Shown here: positions 9,602 through 20,126 of the stretch, piece by piece
How positions within the stretch are numbered: the stretch's first letter is position 1
Layout of the letters: each line of letters opens with the position of its first letter
Source of the DNA: an uncultured archaeon
Lineage (GTDB): Archaea > Asgardarchaeota > Lokiarchaeia > Sigyniarchaeales > SOKP01
DNA length: 64,000 nt
Assembly: GCA_964486045.1 (NCBI GenBank)
Contig: CAZALK010000005.1
Span: 32,001-96,000 of the forward strand
Direction of reading: 5' to 3'
Position numbers and translations under genes: made by a program
The notes under the pieces: model-generated
The model's database searches: none
Told to the model about the DNA's origin: nothing
The model's input: only the letters and a program-made list of their open reading frames with translations

Positions 9602-10513
9602 GTGGAGAACCGCATGCTTGAAAAACTAAAAAATGTGTTTTCAACTTTTGTCAATAAAACATTAACTGAGAAAAAGATAGATGAGGCTATAAGCGATTTA
9701 AGAATTCTACTCATTAGTAATGACGTTGCAGTTGATACTGTTGATGAAATTTGCAAAAAAATTATAGATTCCTATAAAGACCACCAGATAAATCGATTAA
9801 CTTCAACAAAAAAAATGATGATGGATATATTAAATGAGATAATCGTAGAAATCTTAACCCCTAAAGAAAATATTGATATAATTAAGGAAATCAAAAAGAA
9901 AAATTCCCAGAATTTACCCTTCGTAATGGTCTTTCTCGGTATTAATGGGACAGGTAAAACTACAACTATTGCTAAAGTGGCTAATTTTCTTAAGAATCAG
10001 AATATAACTTCAGTTGCAGCTGCTTCAGATACTTTTCGAGCTGGTGCTATTGAACAATTAACCAAACACATGGAAAATATCGGAATAAAAGTCATAAAAC
10101 ATGGGTACCAATCCGATCCTGCTTCAGTAGCCTACGATGCAATTGAACATGCAAAAGCAAAGAACATAGATGTAGTCTTGGTAGATACAGCTGGAAGGCA
10201 AGTAGTGAATAAAAACTTAATGATTGAAATGCAAAAAATCTGTAGGGTGGCACAACCCGACTTAATTATATTCGTTGGTGATAGTCTTGCTGGTAACGAT
10301 GTTCTTAATCAAGCGAGAGAGTTTAAGAGGAGTGTGGGGATTGACGCGAATATCTTAACTAAATTTGATGCCGATGCTAAAGGAGGTGCTGCTTTATCAA
10401 TTTCTTATGAAACCGGAAAGCCAATCATTTTCTTGGGAGTTGGTCAAGGATATGATGATTTGAAATCATTTGATAAAGATATATTTATTTCTAATATTCT
10501 TAATTTCAATTAG
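9602..10513 (+). CDS. ftsY: SRP receptor FtsY
   Basis: GINGTGKTTT, DTFRAGAIEQL, DTAGR, TKFDADAKGG; likely start ATG 9614. Confidence 0.97.
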   Translation: MENRMLEKLKNVFSTFVNKTLTEKKIDEAISDLRILLISNDVAVDTVDEICKKIIDSYKDHQINRLTSTKKMMMDILNEIIVEILTPKENIDIIKEIKKKNSQNLPFVMVFLGINGTGKTTTIAKVANFLKNQNITSVAAASDTFRAGAIEQLTKHMENIGIKVIKHGYQSDPASVAYDAIEHAKAKNIDVVLVDTAGRQVVNKNLMIEMQKICRVAQPDLIIFVGDSLAGNDVLNQAREFKRSVGIDANILTKFDADAKGGAALSISYETGKPIIFLGVGQGYDDLKSFDKDIFISNILNFN

Positions 10514-10574
10514 AATATTAATTCATAGTTTTCTTGAGGGATAACTTAAAATATCTTCCTTAATTAAATTTAAT

Positions 10575-10820
10575 GTGTCTGAAATACGTTATCCGAAGTA
10601 TGAAAAGTATTCTAAACATGATCGACAAAAAAAACCGGGTATTTTCGCTAGAATCGGTTTTTTCTTCAGAAATGCAAAAAGGATTTTAAAATTAGCTAAT
10701 AAGCCAAATCGGAAAGATTATTTTACTGTTTTTAAAATATGTGCAATTGGCATTGTTATTTTAGGAGCACTATCATATGTTATCCAATTAATATTTGCTG
10801 TAATTCCACTTGGCTCGTAA
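10575..10820 (+). CDS. secE: Protein translocase SecE/Sec61-gamma
   Basis: RILKLANKPNRKDY followed by one C-terminal TM helix. Confidence 0.92.
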   Translation: MSEIRYPKYEKYSKHDRQKKPGIFARIGFFFRNAKRILKLANKPNRKDYFTVFKICAIGIVILGALSYVIQLIFAVIPLGS

Positions 10821-10964
10821 CCCGTACTTTTTTAAGAGAAAGGTAATTTTTTTTCTAGGTGTAAAACACATTTATATGTTCTGGAATATTCAGTTCTTCT
10901 TTATTATCCAATTGATCTTTTCTGTAGCATTACCTATAGGTTAACAATACATTATTATTTTTCT

Positions 10965-12149
10965 TTAAATATAAAACACGACTATACTGTCTGGAACTAC
11001 TAGTTCCTCTTCCTTATTTTTACAGGCAATGAACTTTATTTTCATTTTTATAGAGAGAGAGAGTAACCGTTTTGTTAAAATGCCATCAATAATTAAATAA
11101 TGAGTATCTTTAAACGTCTTAATCTTTCCAAAAATTTCACCAACAGGTAAATCGAATAGCTTATCAAAATTTTTATTTAAGCCGATACTATGACCTCTTT
11201 CGATACCATTTATAATCTCCGTAATTTTAGAATCATCTTTTACTTTCATTTTTTTTAAGAATTTCTGAAGAGTACTTCCCTTACTGTTGTATCCTCGTTC
11301 TTCTCCTTCTCCATTTTTGAAATTTTTCATTTGTTTTGGAGGTCTTTTATTTTGTAAAGCTTTCACCATTTGTTTTCTTGTCAATTCCTCAACTTCAAAA
11401 CCATCAGGAGCTCTAGCAACATAATCTATTTTTATTAATTGCATTAATTCATTTAATATAATGGTTCCACCTCGATCCCCATCTAAAAAACAGGTCACGA
11501 TCTTTTTCTTTTTTGCTAAATTAGTTACTGATTTTGGTATCTGAGTTCCTTGTACAGCAATACTATTTTTAATACCGATACGTAGTAAATTAAGGACATC
11601 CGCTCGTCCTTCCACAATAATGAGATCTTGATTACTATCCACTTCAGGACCGGCTGGGATTTTGTCGCGACCCCAAGATATGATTTCTCCAAGTTTAATG
11701 TCAGTGTCTAGCTGTTCTTCAATTTCACTTTGCTCCAATGATTTCTGATCCCATTCTTTTAAAAGTTCAGCAGCTCTCTCTATAATTTTCTGACGTTTTG
11801 TTTCTCGAACATCACGAATTTCAATGAGAGAGATTTCAGCCTCGCAAGGACCGACTCTCGATACAGTTTCCACTGTAGCTGCTAATAGTGCCGTCTCCTT
11901 TCTAGTTAAAGAAGATGGAATCTTAATGAAACCTTCTGACACCCCCTCTTTAGATTCAGTTTCAACTTCTATTCTCCCTATTCTTCCTGATTTTTGAAGA
12001 TCTCTTAAATCTAAATCTAAAAGAAGGCCCTCAGTTTGTCCAAAAATAGCCCCCACAATATCACTCTTCTCCACCACGCCCTTTATAGTAAATTTTACTT
12101 CAATTATATATTTAGTTGTAAAATCTGATTGAGAATTAATCCTTATCAC
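10965..12149 (-). CDS. dnaG: Archaeal DnaG primase
   Basis: GVVEKSDIVGAIFGQTEGLL, LQKSGRIGRI, IIVEGRADV, FLDGDRGG. Confidence 0.96.
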   Translation of the reverse strand: MIRINSQSDFTTKYIIEVKFTIKGVVEKSDIVGAIFGQTEGLLLDLDLRDLQKSGRIGRIEVETESKEGVSEGFIKIPSSLTRKETALLAATVETVSRVGPCEAEISLIEIRDVRETKRQKIIERAAELLKEWDQKSLEQSEIEEQLDTDIKLGEIISWGRDKIPAGPEVDSNQDLIIVEGRADVLNLLRIGIKNSIAVQGTQIPKSVTNLAKKKKIVTCFLDGDRGGTIILNELMQLIKIDYVARAPDGFEVEELTRKQMVKALQNKRPPKQMKNFKNGEGEERGYNSKGSTLQKFLKKMKVKDDSKITEIINGIERGHSIGLNKNFDKLFDLPVGEIFGKIKTFKDTHYLIIDGILTKRLLSLSIKMKIKFIACKNKEEELVVPDSIVVFYI

Positions 12150-12720
12150 TTCCTGTTTTATTTATTTTTTCGTTTGTCTATTTGATTTTTTATTTTCAAT
12201 AAATCAAAATTTTTAGTAAACTTATAAAACAGAAGTACTATCGGACTCTATGAGAAATAATTAGCGCTGATTAGAAAATTCTAGCAGAGTTTTGAACCTA
12301 ATGTCTATTATAGAAACCTAATGATATTATTAAGCTTGATTTATGAACCTACTTCTTAAGTCTTATTATAAGTCTGACTAATTATATTTTTTAATTTACT
12401 GAACTGATTATAATTCTAATTATTTACTGGTTTGATTTGCTATTTTGATAATTTAATTTATTCTTTTATAAAATTTGATAAATATTCTAATTTGATTAAT
12501 AAATGTAAAGTGTTAATCTAATTATTTAATCTGTTTAATTTATAATAAATGATATTTATAATTTGAAATATTATATATACTCATAAAATCGTACAGTGTA
12601 TTTATTTTTTGTTAAATAAAAGAGTTTTAAAACCAATATTTAAAATATTTGGTTAGTTTTTTATGTCATATTTGTTTTTGTAATATAAAACTAAGCAAAT
12701 AGTTAAGGAGAATTAACGAA

Positions 12721-13749
12721 TTGGAGAAAATAATTGTTCTAGGAGGAAAAGGGGGTGTTGGAAAAAGCACCATTAGTTCAGCTACAGCTTTAGTTTTAGC
12801 AGATCTTCTTCCTGAGAAGAAAATCCTTCTAATATCCTTTGATATGGCTCATAATATAAGTGATTTATTTAAGGAAAAAATTGGGAATAAATTGACCCCA
12901 ATAACTAATAATCTTTGGTGTATCGAACCAGATCCAAATATCTATGCTGAAGAATACACAAAAAATTTAGTGGAAAAAATAAAGACTCTGATGAACCAAA
13001 TGCCTGTTGTAGGGATGATACCTCAAATCAGACAATTTATAGATACAACTTTCACATCTGATTCAATCCCTCTTGCTCTTAAAAATGCAATGTTTTTCCA
13101 AAAGATTTTAGATGCTGAAGATGAAAATGTGGATTCTATTAAATTTGATATAATCATTGCTGATTTTCCTCCAACAGCAAATATGATAGCATTGTTTGAG
13201 ATCCCAGAAGATCAAGTAAAGGTTGTTTTAAAATATTCACTTAATTTTTATAACTCAATTAGAGGTGCTATTAGAAAATTCTCAAAAGTTTTAAGAAATA
13301 TTATAAAACCCTTTGATGATCATGAAAAACGAAGAGAATTGGGAAAGGAAATTTTCAATATGATTGTAGATCTAGAAAAACGAGGTGAAAGAATCACGGA
13401 ATTAATTCACGAAATTGGATCACTTCGACTTGTTACAATTGCTGAAAAACCAAGTTTTGAAGAAATTAAAAGAGCGCGGGACTTAACAGAAAAGTATATT
13501 ACCCTCGAAGCTGTTCATATAAACTTGTTAATTCCTGGAGAACATGTCAAAACATGTGATTTTTGCGGTAAAATCCATGCTCTCCAACAAATTTATCGTG
13601 ATCAAATTGTTAACGAATTTAAGAATCTTAAGCTTTGGGAATCACGAAAGCTTAAGGAAGAACCTATTGGCCTTGATGGATTAAGGAAACTTGCTTATGA
13701 AATTTATGGAAAAGTAAATGTTGAAAAAATACTAAATCCAAAATTTTAA
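12721..13749 (+). CDS. ArsA/Get3-family ATPase
   Basis: GGKGGVGKST P-loop; variant switch motifs DMAHN and DFPPT; CDFC CxxC motif. Confidence 0.88.
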   Translation: MEKIIVLGGKGGVGKSTISSATALVLADLLPEKKILLISFDMAHNISDLFKEKIGNKLTPITNNLWCIEPDPNIYAEEYTKNLVEKIKTLMNQMPVVGMIPQIRQFIDTTFTSDSIPLALKNAMFFQKILDAEDENVDSIKFDIIIADFPPTANMIALFEIPEDQVKVVLKYSLNFYNSIRGAIRKFSKVLRNIIKPFDDHEKRRELGKEIFNMIVDLEKRGERITELIHEIGSLRLVTIAEKPSFEEIKRARDLTEKYITLEAVHINLLIPGEHVKTCDFCGKIHALQQIYRDQIVNEFKNLKLWESRKLKEEPIGLDGLRKLAYEIYGKVNVEKILNPKF

Positions 13750-13761
13750 AAATCCTAGGTT

Positions 13762-14715
13762 TCATTTACTAAGTTCTAAAGACAATTCATATATCTTTGA
13801 AGAAACCTTACTATAAATTGCTCTTAATACAATCTCAAAAGCTTTATTCTCAATGATGTGGGGAATTCCTAAATTCTCTAAAGTCTCTATTATTTTTCCG
13901 GGTTTTTTAAAGTTAAAACCAATATTATCCTGATTTATTCCTAATTTTTTTTTTTCCTCTGATAATTCTTGAACAGATATTTTTGGAACATTAAATACAA
14001 ACTCATCAATATTCTCTTTAGTAGAAACTTCTTCTGAAGCATTTTTGCCATTTGCTGATCGAATTAAGCTTAAATCGTTAAGAATCTCATGCTTAGTTTT
14101 ACCTCGTAATTCTAATAATAAAAAAGGGTTATAATCTATTACCCGAGCTAGATATAAAATTACTGCAGCTATATGTTTGCATGGAATTGCTGTATCAGGG
14201 CAAGAACAAGTGGCATTTAAACCTTTTAATGCATCCGGAAACAATGAATATTCACTCTCATCAAATATTGTTATTACATTTTCCGGTAAAATACCATCTA
14301 ATAATTCAACAAGATTGATTATTTTATTTGTGATGCGTTTTAGAATCAGTTCCCAGCCCTCTTCTAGAATAGTTTCGAATTTAATTTTCACTCGATATGG
14401 AGTGGGAGCAGTTCCTTGTACTGTTGCAAAGATTTGACCCGTAGTAATTGAAAAATTATCTATTCGTCTTTCATCTTTAACATAGTCAATACCTCTTTGC
14501 ATTCTGAAAGGACGCCCAATTTTTAAATTTGATTTAATCCATTTTTTTCCCCATGAGGTTTTAGCAAAATTTGTAAGTTCTCTTTTGATTTGGTCAACTT
14601 CTTCACTAGTACGTTTTTTTTCAAGTTCGGTTTTTTTTTGGGGAATGCCTAACTTTTTCCGTTTATGTTTTCGACTATCCATAAATATCTTTTTTCGATT
14701 ATTCATTTTTGTCAA
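13762..14715 (-). CDS. SWIM zinc-finger protein
   Basis: WGKKW, CSCPD..PCKHIAAV, NPFLLLELRG; directly downstream of SNF2. Confidence 0.9.
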   Translation of the reverse strand: MTKMNNRKKIFMDSRKHKRKKLGIPQKKTELEKKRTSEEVDQIKRELTNFAKTSWGKKWIKSNLKIGRPFRMQRGIDYVKDERRIDNFSITTGQIFATVQGTAPTPYRVKIKFETILEEGWELILKRITNKIINLVELLDGILPENVITIFDESEYSLFPDALKGLNATCSCPDTAIPCKHIAAVILYLARVIDYNPFLLLELRGKTKHEILNDLSLIRSANGKNASEEVSTKENIDEFVFNVPKISVQELSEEKKKLGINQDNIGFNFKKPGKIIETLENLGIPHIIENKAFEIVLRAIYSKVSSKIYELSLELSK

Positions 14716-14724
14716 AGTAATTAA

Positions 14725-17700
14725 TTAATTAGTTAATTGTAATAATTCTCTTAATTTTTTATCATTTAAATCAGAAATCCAAGATTCTCCAGTAGATTGG
14801 ATAATTTTATCAGTTAATTCTAGCTTTTCCAACAACAAAAAGTCGATTTTCTCTTCAATGGTTCCATTAGTAATGAATTTATATACATTTACTGCGGATT
14901 TTTGACCTATTCTATAGGCTCTATCAGTGGCTTGGTTTTCAACTGCTGGATTCCACCATCTATCAAAGTGAATAACCGTTGTTCCTTGGGTTAGATTTAA
15001 ACCAGTTCCCCCAGCTTTTAAGGATAAAATTAATATTGGGGGACTCTCTAAATCGTCTAATTGAAACTCATCAACAATTTCTCTTCTCTTTTTTTCCGGT
15101 ATACCCCCGTGAAAATATAATATCTTGAAATCATACTTAAATTCCAAAATTTTTAACAAAATATTTCCCATTTGAGTAAATTGGGTAAAAATCAAGGCTT
15201 TTTCTCCATTTGAGATAACTTCTTCAGTCATTTCGAGCAATCTCTCCAATTTGTGTGATTGTGAAATAATTTCTTTCATTTTTAACCCATCTTTTATAGA
15301 TGTCATTTCAATTTTAAGATATTGATAAGGATGATTACAAATTTGCTTTAATTTGACTATTAATCCTAAAATCAACCCCCGCTTCTTCCTTTTATCAGAA
15401 GATTCATCTTCAATCTCTTTCAAGGTTTTTTCTACAAGTTCTTGATATAATTTTACTTGGGTTTTGCTTAATTCGATGAGGATTTTCATTTCATTTTTTT
15501 CAGGCAAATCTTTTATTATAGTCTTGTCTGATTTGAGGCGACGCATGATAAAAGGAGCAGTAATTACCTTTAATTTATCAATAACTTCTTGATTTTGAAA
15601 TCGTTCAATTGGTAAGATATACTCATTTTGAAACTCCACTTTGCTTCCTAAAAGACCCGGATTTAAAAAGTTAAAAAGTGACCATAGCTCTAGTAATCGA
15701 TTTTCTATTGGAGTACCACTTAAACAGATTTTATATTGACTTTTTAATTTGTCTATTGCTTGTGTTTGTTTAGAAGCGTAATTTTTCATATTTTGACTCT
15801 CATCGATGATAATTCCACTAAAATCAATTGTTTCTAGAAAGTCAATATCATTTCTTATTGTTCCATAAGATGTTAGAAAAATTCGATGTGGTTTTAAAAA
15901 TTCTGGAATTTTAAAGACTTCTTTTATGCGTTTAGTTCCATGATGAATTATTATTTCTAAATCAGGGGCGAATTTTTTAAACTCTCGGTGCCAATTAAAT
16001 AGTATTGAAGTAGGACAGACAATTAAAACACCTCCGGGATTATTTGGGTATGTTTCTTTGAGATAGAGCAAAAAGGCTATAATTTGAATTGTTTTCCCAA
16101 GTCCCATATCATCAGCCAAACATAATCCAAAATTGAATTTTGTCATGTTTACCATCCACGTAAGTGCCGTTTGTTGATAAGGACGTAATTTGCCGTTAAA
16201 TGATGATGGGCAAGGAATTTGTTCAAAAACATCTATTGATTGAATTCTCTCAATAATTCCTTTTAATTCTCCCTCAACTAGTACATCATATTCATTTCCA
16301 TTTTCTCGAAGTTGAATTTTTCCAGTCAATCCAAGTTTTAGAGCATCCATGTAACTTTTCGTTTCAGATTCTTTAATATTTTTTAAATCTTCTACATCTT
16401 GTTGATCAACTAAAATCCATTTTCCTCTTACATTAATCAAAGATTCCTTAGAGTTAATCAAATTATTAAGTTCTTCTTCCATAAGTTTCTTTCCTTCAAG
16501 TCCAATCTCCCATTTATATTCTAGCATCGAATTAAAGTTAAATATTGATGGTAAAACCGAAGATTTCCCTCTTTTTATCTCTTTATGATCTTTTGAACGA
16601 ATGATTAATCTGGCAGATAAACGTTGTCTTCCACCTCTTATAAATACTTCAGGAAGAACGATGTTATACCCACTTTGAATTAATAAATCTTTTGGGTATT
16701 TTAAAAAATCTAACACCTCGCTTGTTGTGAGATTAATTTTGTGTTGAATTTTTTCTAAAAAAACTCTTTTAATAGGTGGAAATATTTTTGATGCTGCACT
16801 CAATGCTCTTAGAATTATTTCTATAAAATGTTCGTCGTCGTCAAAAAGTTTTAGAAATTCTTTTTGTTTTATTTCGTTTCCTTTCCAGAGGTCATTTAAA
16901 GGGATCGTTATAGCACCATCTTGTAATGACAGATAAAATAATAAAATCCAATCATCTTCCGGCTTTTTTGGATATTGTAATTCTATGTTAAAGGCAAATT
17001 CGTGTTTAAGTGTAAATCCTTGAGCAGATTGAGTCCAATTTTTAATTAAGGTAGGTAAAATTGTTTCAGAAAATTCTTCTACATTAAACTTAGGATCTTC
17101 TCTGATAAGAGCTTTAAGAAATTTATAATCCCATCCCAATTTAAAATCTAAATCTTGCTCCTTTTTAATTTCAGAACTATAAAATTCTTTAAAAGTTTGA
17201 AATTTACTTTTGCTTAGAGTAGAACGGATTAAAGAATCTCCAACATTATTTAAGAAGATTGAAAAAATATAGGATGGGTGCCAAAGACCATTTGATTTAA
17301 TCTTTCCATTTTCACGTAAAAAATTTATAGGAAGACAAAAAGAAGGCCAAGAACTAGTACTTAATATTGTTTTAAAACGATATCGATCATTCTGGGATTT
17401 TAGTAATAAGTGCCATTGACCAATATACCTGTTAGCTGTTATTGATTCTAATGCAGGAACGAATTGACCTTTATTTAATAATTCAAATATTAATTTCGTA
17501 AGAAAAGCCCATGTTATAATAGAATTACTAAAATGTGTCAGACTTCGATCTAAGCTTTCCATTATTTCCAATTGGTATAATAATTTCACTGCAGGTGTTA
17601 TAGGTATAATTTTTCCTATGTGAATCAATATTTTAAAAAATTTTCCGGAAGATACTTTGTTTGTTGTAGATTCTGATAAGTGAAAAGGAACAGCAAGGTT

Positions 17701-17922
17701 AATATTGCAAGTTAAAAGTTTTTTTGCTGGAATTGTTGGAAACTTCTGTTTAATATATTCAATTAGTTTTTCTTCTGATTTATTTGATGGAATCCACAAA
17801 ATGAAAAAATTAGAGTTTTTTGGAAGCTGCTTTCCCTCTGAGGTTAATTTAAATCTACTTAATGGTTCATTCCAATATTTTGACGGAATGTAGGTTAACT
17901 CTAGTTTACTAAGTTGTTTCAT
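14725..17922 (-). CDS. SNF2-family helicase
   Basis: LRPYQ, LADDMGLGKT, IIDESQNMKN, SGTPIEN, LKAGGTGLNL, WWNPAVENQATDRAYRIGQ. Confidence 0.95.
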   Translation of the reverse strand: MKQLSKLELTYIPSKYWNEPLSRFKLTSEGKQLPKNSNFFILWIPSNKSEEKLIEYIKQKFPTIPAKKLLTCNINLAVPFHLSESTTNKVSSGKFFKILIHIGKIIPITPAVKLLYQLEIMESLDRSLTHFSNSIITWAFLTKLIFELLNKGQFVPALESITANRYIGQWHLLLKSQNDRYRFKTILSTSSWPSFCLPINFLRENGKIKSNGLWHPSYIFSIFLNNVGDSLIRSTLSKSKFQTFKEFYSSEIKKEQDLDFKLGWDYKFLKALIREDPKFNVEEFSETILPTLIKNWTQSAQGFTLKHEFAFNIELQYPKKPEDDWILLFYLSLQDGAITIPLNDLWKGNEIKQKEFLKLFDDDEHFIEIILRALSAASKIFPPIKRVFLEKIQHKINLTTSEVLDFLKYPKDLLIQSGYNIVLPEVFIRGGRQRLSARLIIRSKDHKEIKRGKSSVLPSIFNFNSMLEYKWEIGLEGKKLMEEELNNLINSKESLINVRGKWILVDQQDVEDLKNIKESETKSYMDALKLGLTGKIQLRENGNEYDVLVEGELKGIIERIQSIDVFEQIPCPSSFNGKLRPYQQTALTWMVNMTKFNFGLCLADDMGLGKTIQIIAFLLYLKETYPNNPGGVLIVCPTSILFNWHREFKKFAPDLEIIIHHGTKRIKEVFKIPEFLKPHRIFLTSYGTIRNDIDFLETIDFSGIIIDESQNMKNYASKQTQAIDKLKSQYKICLSGTPIENRLLELWSLFNFLNPGLLGSKVEFQNEYILPIERFQNQEVIDKLKVITAPFIMRRLKSDKTIIKDLPEKNEMKILIELSKTQVKLYQELVEKTLKEIEDESSDKRKKRGLILGLIVKLKQICNHPYQYLKIEMTSIKDGLKMKEIISQSHKLERLLEMTEEVISNGEKALIFTQFTQMGNILLKILEFKYDFKILYFHGGIPEKKRREIVDEFQLDDLESPPILILSLKAGGTGLNLTQGTTVIHFDRWWNPAVENQATDRAYRIGQKSAVNVYKFITNGTIEEKIDFLLLEKLELTDKIIQSTGESWISDLNDKKLRELLQLTN

Positions 17923-18138
17923 ATATCAACAAAACTCCAAATTGAGGAGATGTTAGCTATTAATTTTACATAAAAGAATTCTATACGGTAAAATAATCAA
18001 AAAATCTGTACACTTATATTTATAGTTCGATGTAGTTAATGTAAAATCAGTTTAAAATATATATAATTTACCTTCAAAATAAGATAATACTCCCTAATAC
18101 CCCAAAAAAAGATTTATAAATTATTTTGATAAAATCTG

Positions 18139-18627
18139 TTAATGTAATCTTATTGATTTGATCATTCGTTTTATAACAGATGTGAAATTCTTTTCATATT
18201 TTTGAAGGCAAGTTCAGGATAACATAATTACGGTCAGATCTATTATCGTCCAACGGTTGTATGTCAATAATTCTTGATTTTCTTCATTATATTCATAACA
18301 ATATTCCCTTGCTGGAATGTCAAATAAAATCGCATTTGAGAGCGGAATATTTACTTCCGTAGGAGATTTTTCACCCTTTAAATTACTCAATACTCTCATG
18401 GAATAAGATTGTAACAATTCTGGGGAGGGCTCTAAGTCTTTAATTATAATTACATATAACAATTCTCTAAGTGAAAAATCCTCATTTTTTGGTGGAGAGA
18501 GAAAAGTTATAAGAGTCTCCTCGCCTTGTTTTTCTGTAACGCTCCATTTGCTAGGATAATCGATTTGAAAAGAGAAATTACGGTTTTTCGATGTATTAAT
18601 GGAAATGATAGCTTTTTGATACTTCAT
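18139..18627 (-). pseudogene. PsbP/DcrB-like protein interrupted by in-frame TGA (18214-18216)
   Basis: FSFQIDYPSKW N-terminal motif; frame continues past TGA as TCLQKYEKNFTSVIKRMIKSIRLH*, resembling a PsbP-type terminal helix. Confidence 0.6.
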
Positions 18628-18720
18628 GATATAAAATCGTATGTTTAGTCAATATTTGAAAAGATCCTTAATCATATCTGTCTTTTCATGAAAAGATGAA
18701 AAAAAAAAATTATAAAACTA

Positions 18721-19989
18721 TTATGTTCCGTCTTCATAGCCATGGATGTAGTTATATTGCTCCTCTGTTAGCTTGTCGATCTTTACACCCATTGCTTGTA
18801 ATTTTAGAAAGCCAACCCTATCATCGATTTCAATAGGTACATTAACCATCCCAGGCTTTAGACTGTCCTTATTTTTCACAATATACTCTGACATAAGAGA
18901 TTGCAAACCAAATGACATGTCCATTACTTCTGCTGGATGCCCTTCTGATAACACCAAATTCGCTAAACGACCCTTAGCCAGAATATAAATCTTTTTACCA
19001 CCGGGAAAGATGAGTTCTTCTACGTTACTTCTAATTGGGTTAATTTCTTTAGCATACTCATATAATTCTTTAGTTGGGATTTCAATATCAAAATGACCTA
19101 AATTTCCCAAAATAACTCCGTCTTTTAGAGCATCAAAATTTTCTTTTGTAGGCAGTATTACGTGCTTACAACCAGTAGCAGTTAGGATAATTTCTGCTGT
19201 TGGTAAGGTCTCTGCTATAGGTTTCACATTAAATCCCGCAAACTTAGCTTGAAGGGCTTTTATTGGATCTATTTCTGTTACAGTAACATTAGCACCTAAA
19301 CCTCTGGCTCTAAGTGCCATTCCTCCAGAACAATGTCCATAGCCCGCAATTACAACATTTTTTCCTGCGAAGAGTACATGCATTCCATAGATTGCAGCTA
19401 CAATACCTTGTCCTGTACCTAATTCATTATCAAATTGGTTTTTGCATCGTGCATCATTTACAGGGAAAAGTGGTACTTTTAAATCTCCAGCCTTATCCAT
19501 TGCTTTAAATCGCTTTACGCCAGTTGTTGTTTCTTCTTGACACCCTATAATTACACCGTCAGTAATTAATTCGGGAAACTCTTTATGAGCTGTAACGATC
19601 ATATCAGCCCCGTCATCAATGAGGATATTAGGTTTAGCTTTTAAACACTCACGAATACACCAATAAAATTCTCCATCTGTATTGCCGTGCCATGCAAAAG
19701 TATTGATATCTTCCTTTACTAAGGCGGCAGCTACATCGTCTTGAGTGGATAACGGATTGCTACCACATAACCAAACATCAGCACCACCTGCTTTTAAGGT
19801 TCGCGCTAAATTTGCAGTTTCTTTAGTAATATGTAAGCATCCTGCAATAGTTATACCTTCTAAAGGCTTTTCCTTTGCGAAACGCTTCCGAATAACCTTA
19901 GCAGTCACCGGCATCTTGATTTCCGCAACATATATCGATTCTAATCCTTTTTCTGCTAAACTTTCATCAGCAACTTTAAAATTTACCAT
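18721..19989 (-). CDS. ahcY: Adenosylhomocysteinase
   Basis: GCLHITKETA, SNPLSTQDDVAAAL, QEETTTG, GHFDIEI, EGHPAEVMDMSF. Confidence 0.98.
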   Translation of the reverse strand: MVNFKVADESLAEKGLESIYVAEIKMPVTAKVIRKRFAKEKPLEGITIAGCLHITKETANLARTLKAGGADVWLCGSNPLSTQDDVAAALVKEDINTFAWHGNTDGEFYWCIRECLKAKPNILIDDGADMIVTAHKEFPELITDGVIIGCQEETTTGVKRFKAMDKAGDLKVPLFPVNDARCKNQFDNELGTGQGIVAAIYGMHVLFAGKNVVIAGYGHCSGGMALRARGLGANVTVTEIDPIKALQAKFAGFNVKPIAETLPTAEIILTATGCKHVILPTKENFDALKDGVILGNLGHFDIEIPTKELYEYAKEINPIRSNVEELIFPGGKKIYILAKGRLANLVLSEGHPAEVMDMSFGLQSLMSEYIVKNKDSLKPGMVNVPIEIDDRVGFLKLQAMGVKIDKLTEEQYNYIHGYEDGT

Positions 19990-20126
19990 TAGAATTCACT
20001 TTTTGATTTTTAAGAATATTAATTTTAATTAATTAATAAAACTTTTTTTGGTAAAAAGCAAATATTCATATATTAAATTTAACATTTGATTAATAGTAAA
20101 TCAAAAATCTGAAAAATTGTAATAAG

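Noticed and set aside
12150-12720. Replication origin in the AT-rich spacer
   Set aside because: No ORB-like G-string repeats and no adjacent cdc6/orc1
13762-17922. SWIM+SNF2 pair as a novel system
   Set aside because: Well-known, widespread prokaryotic gene pair
17930-18138. SECIS element for the TGA-containing gene
   Set aside because: No AUGA/GA quartet hairpin recognisable on the minus strand
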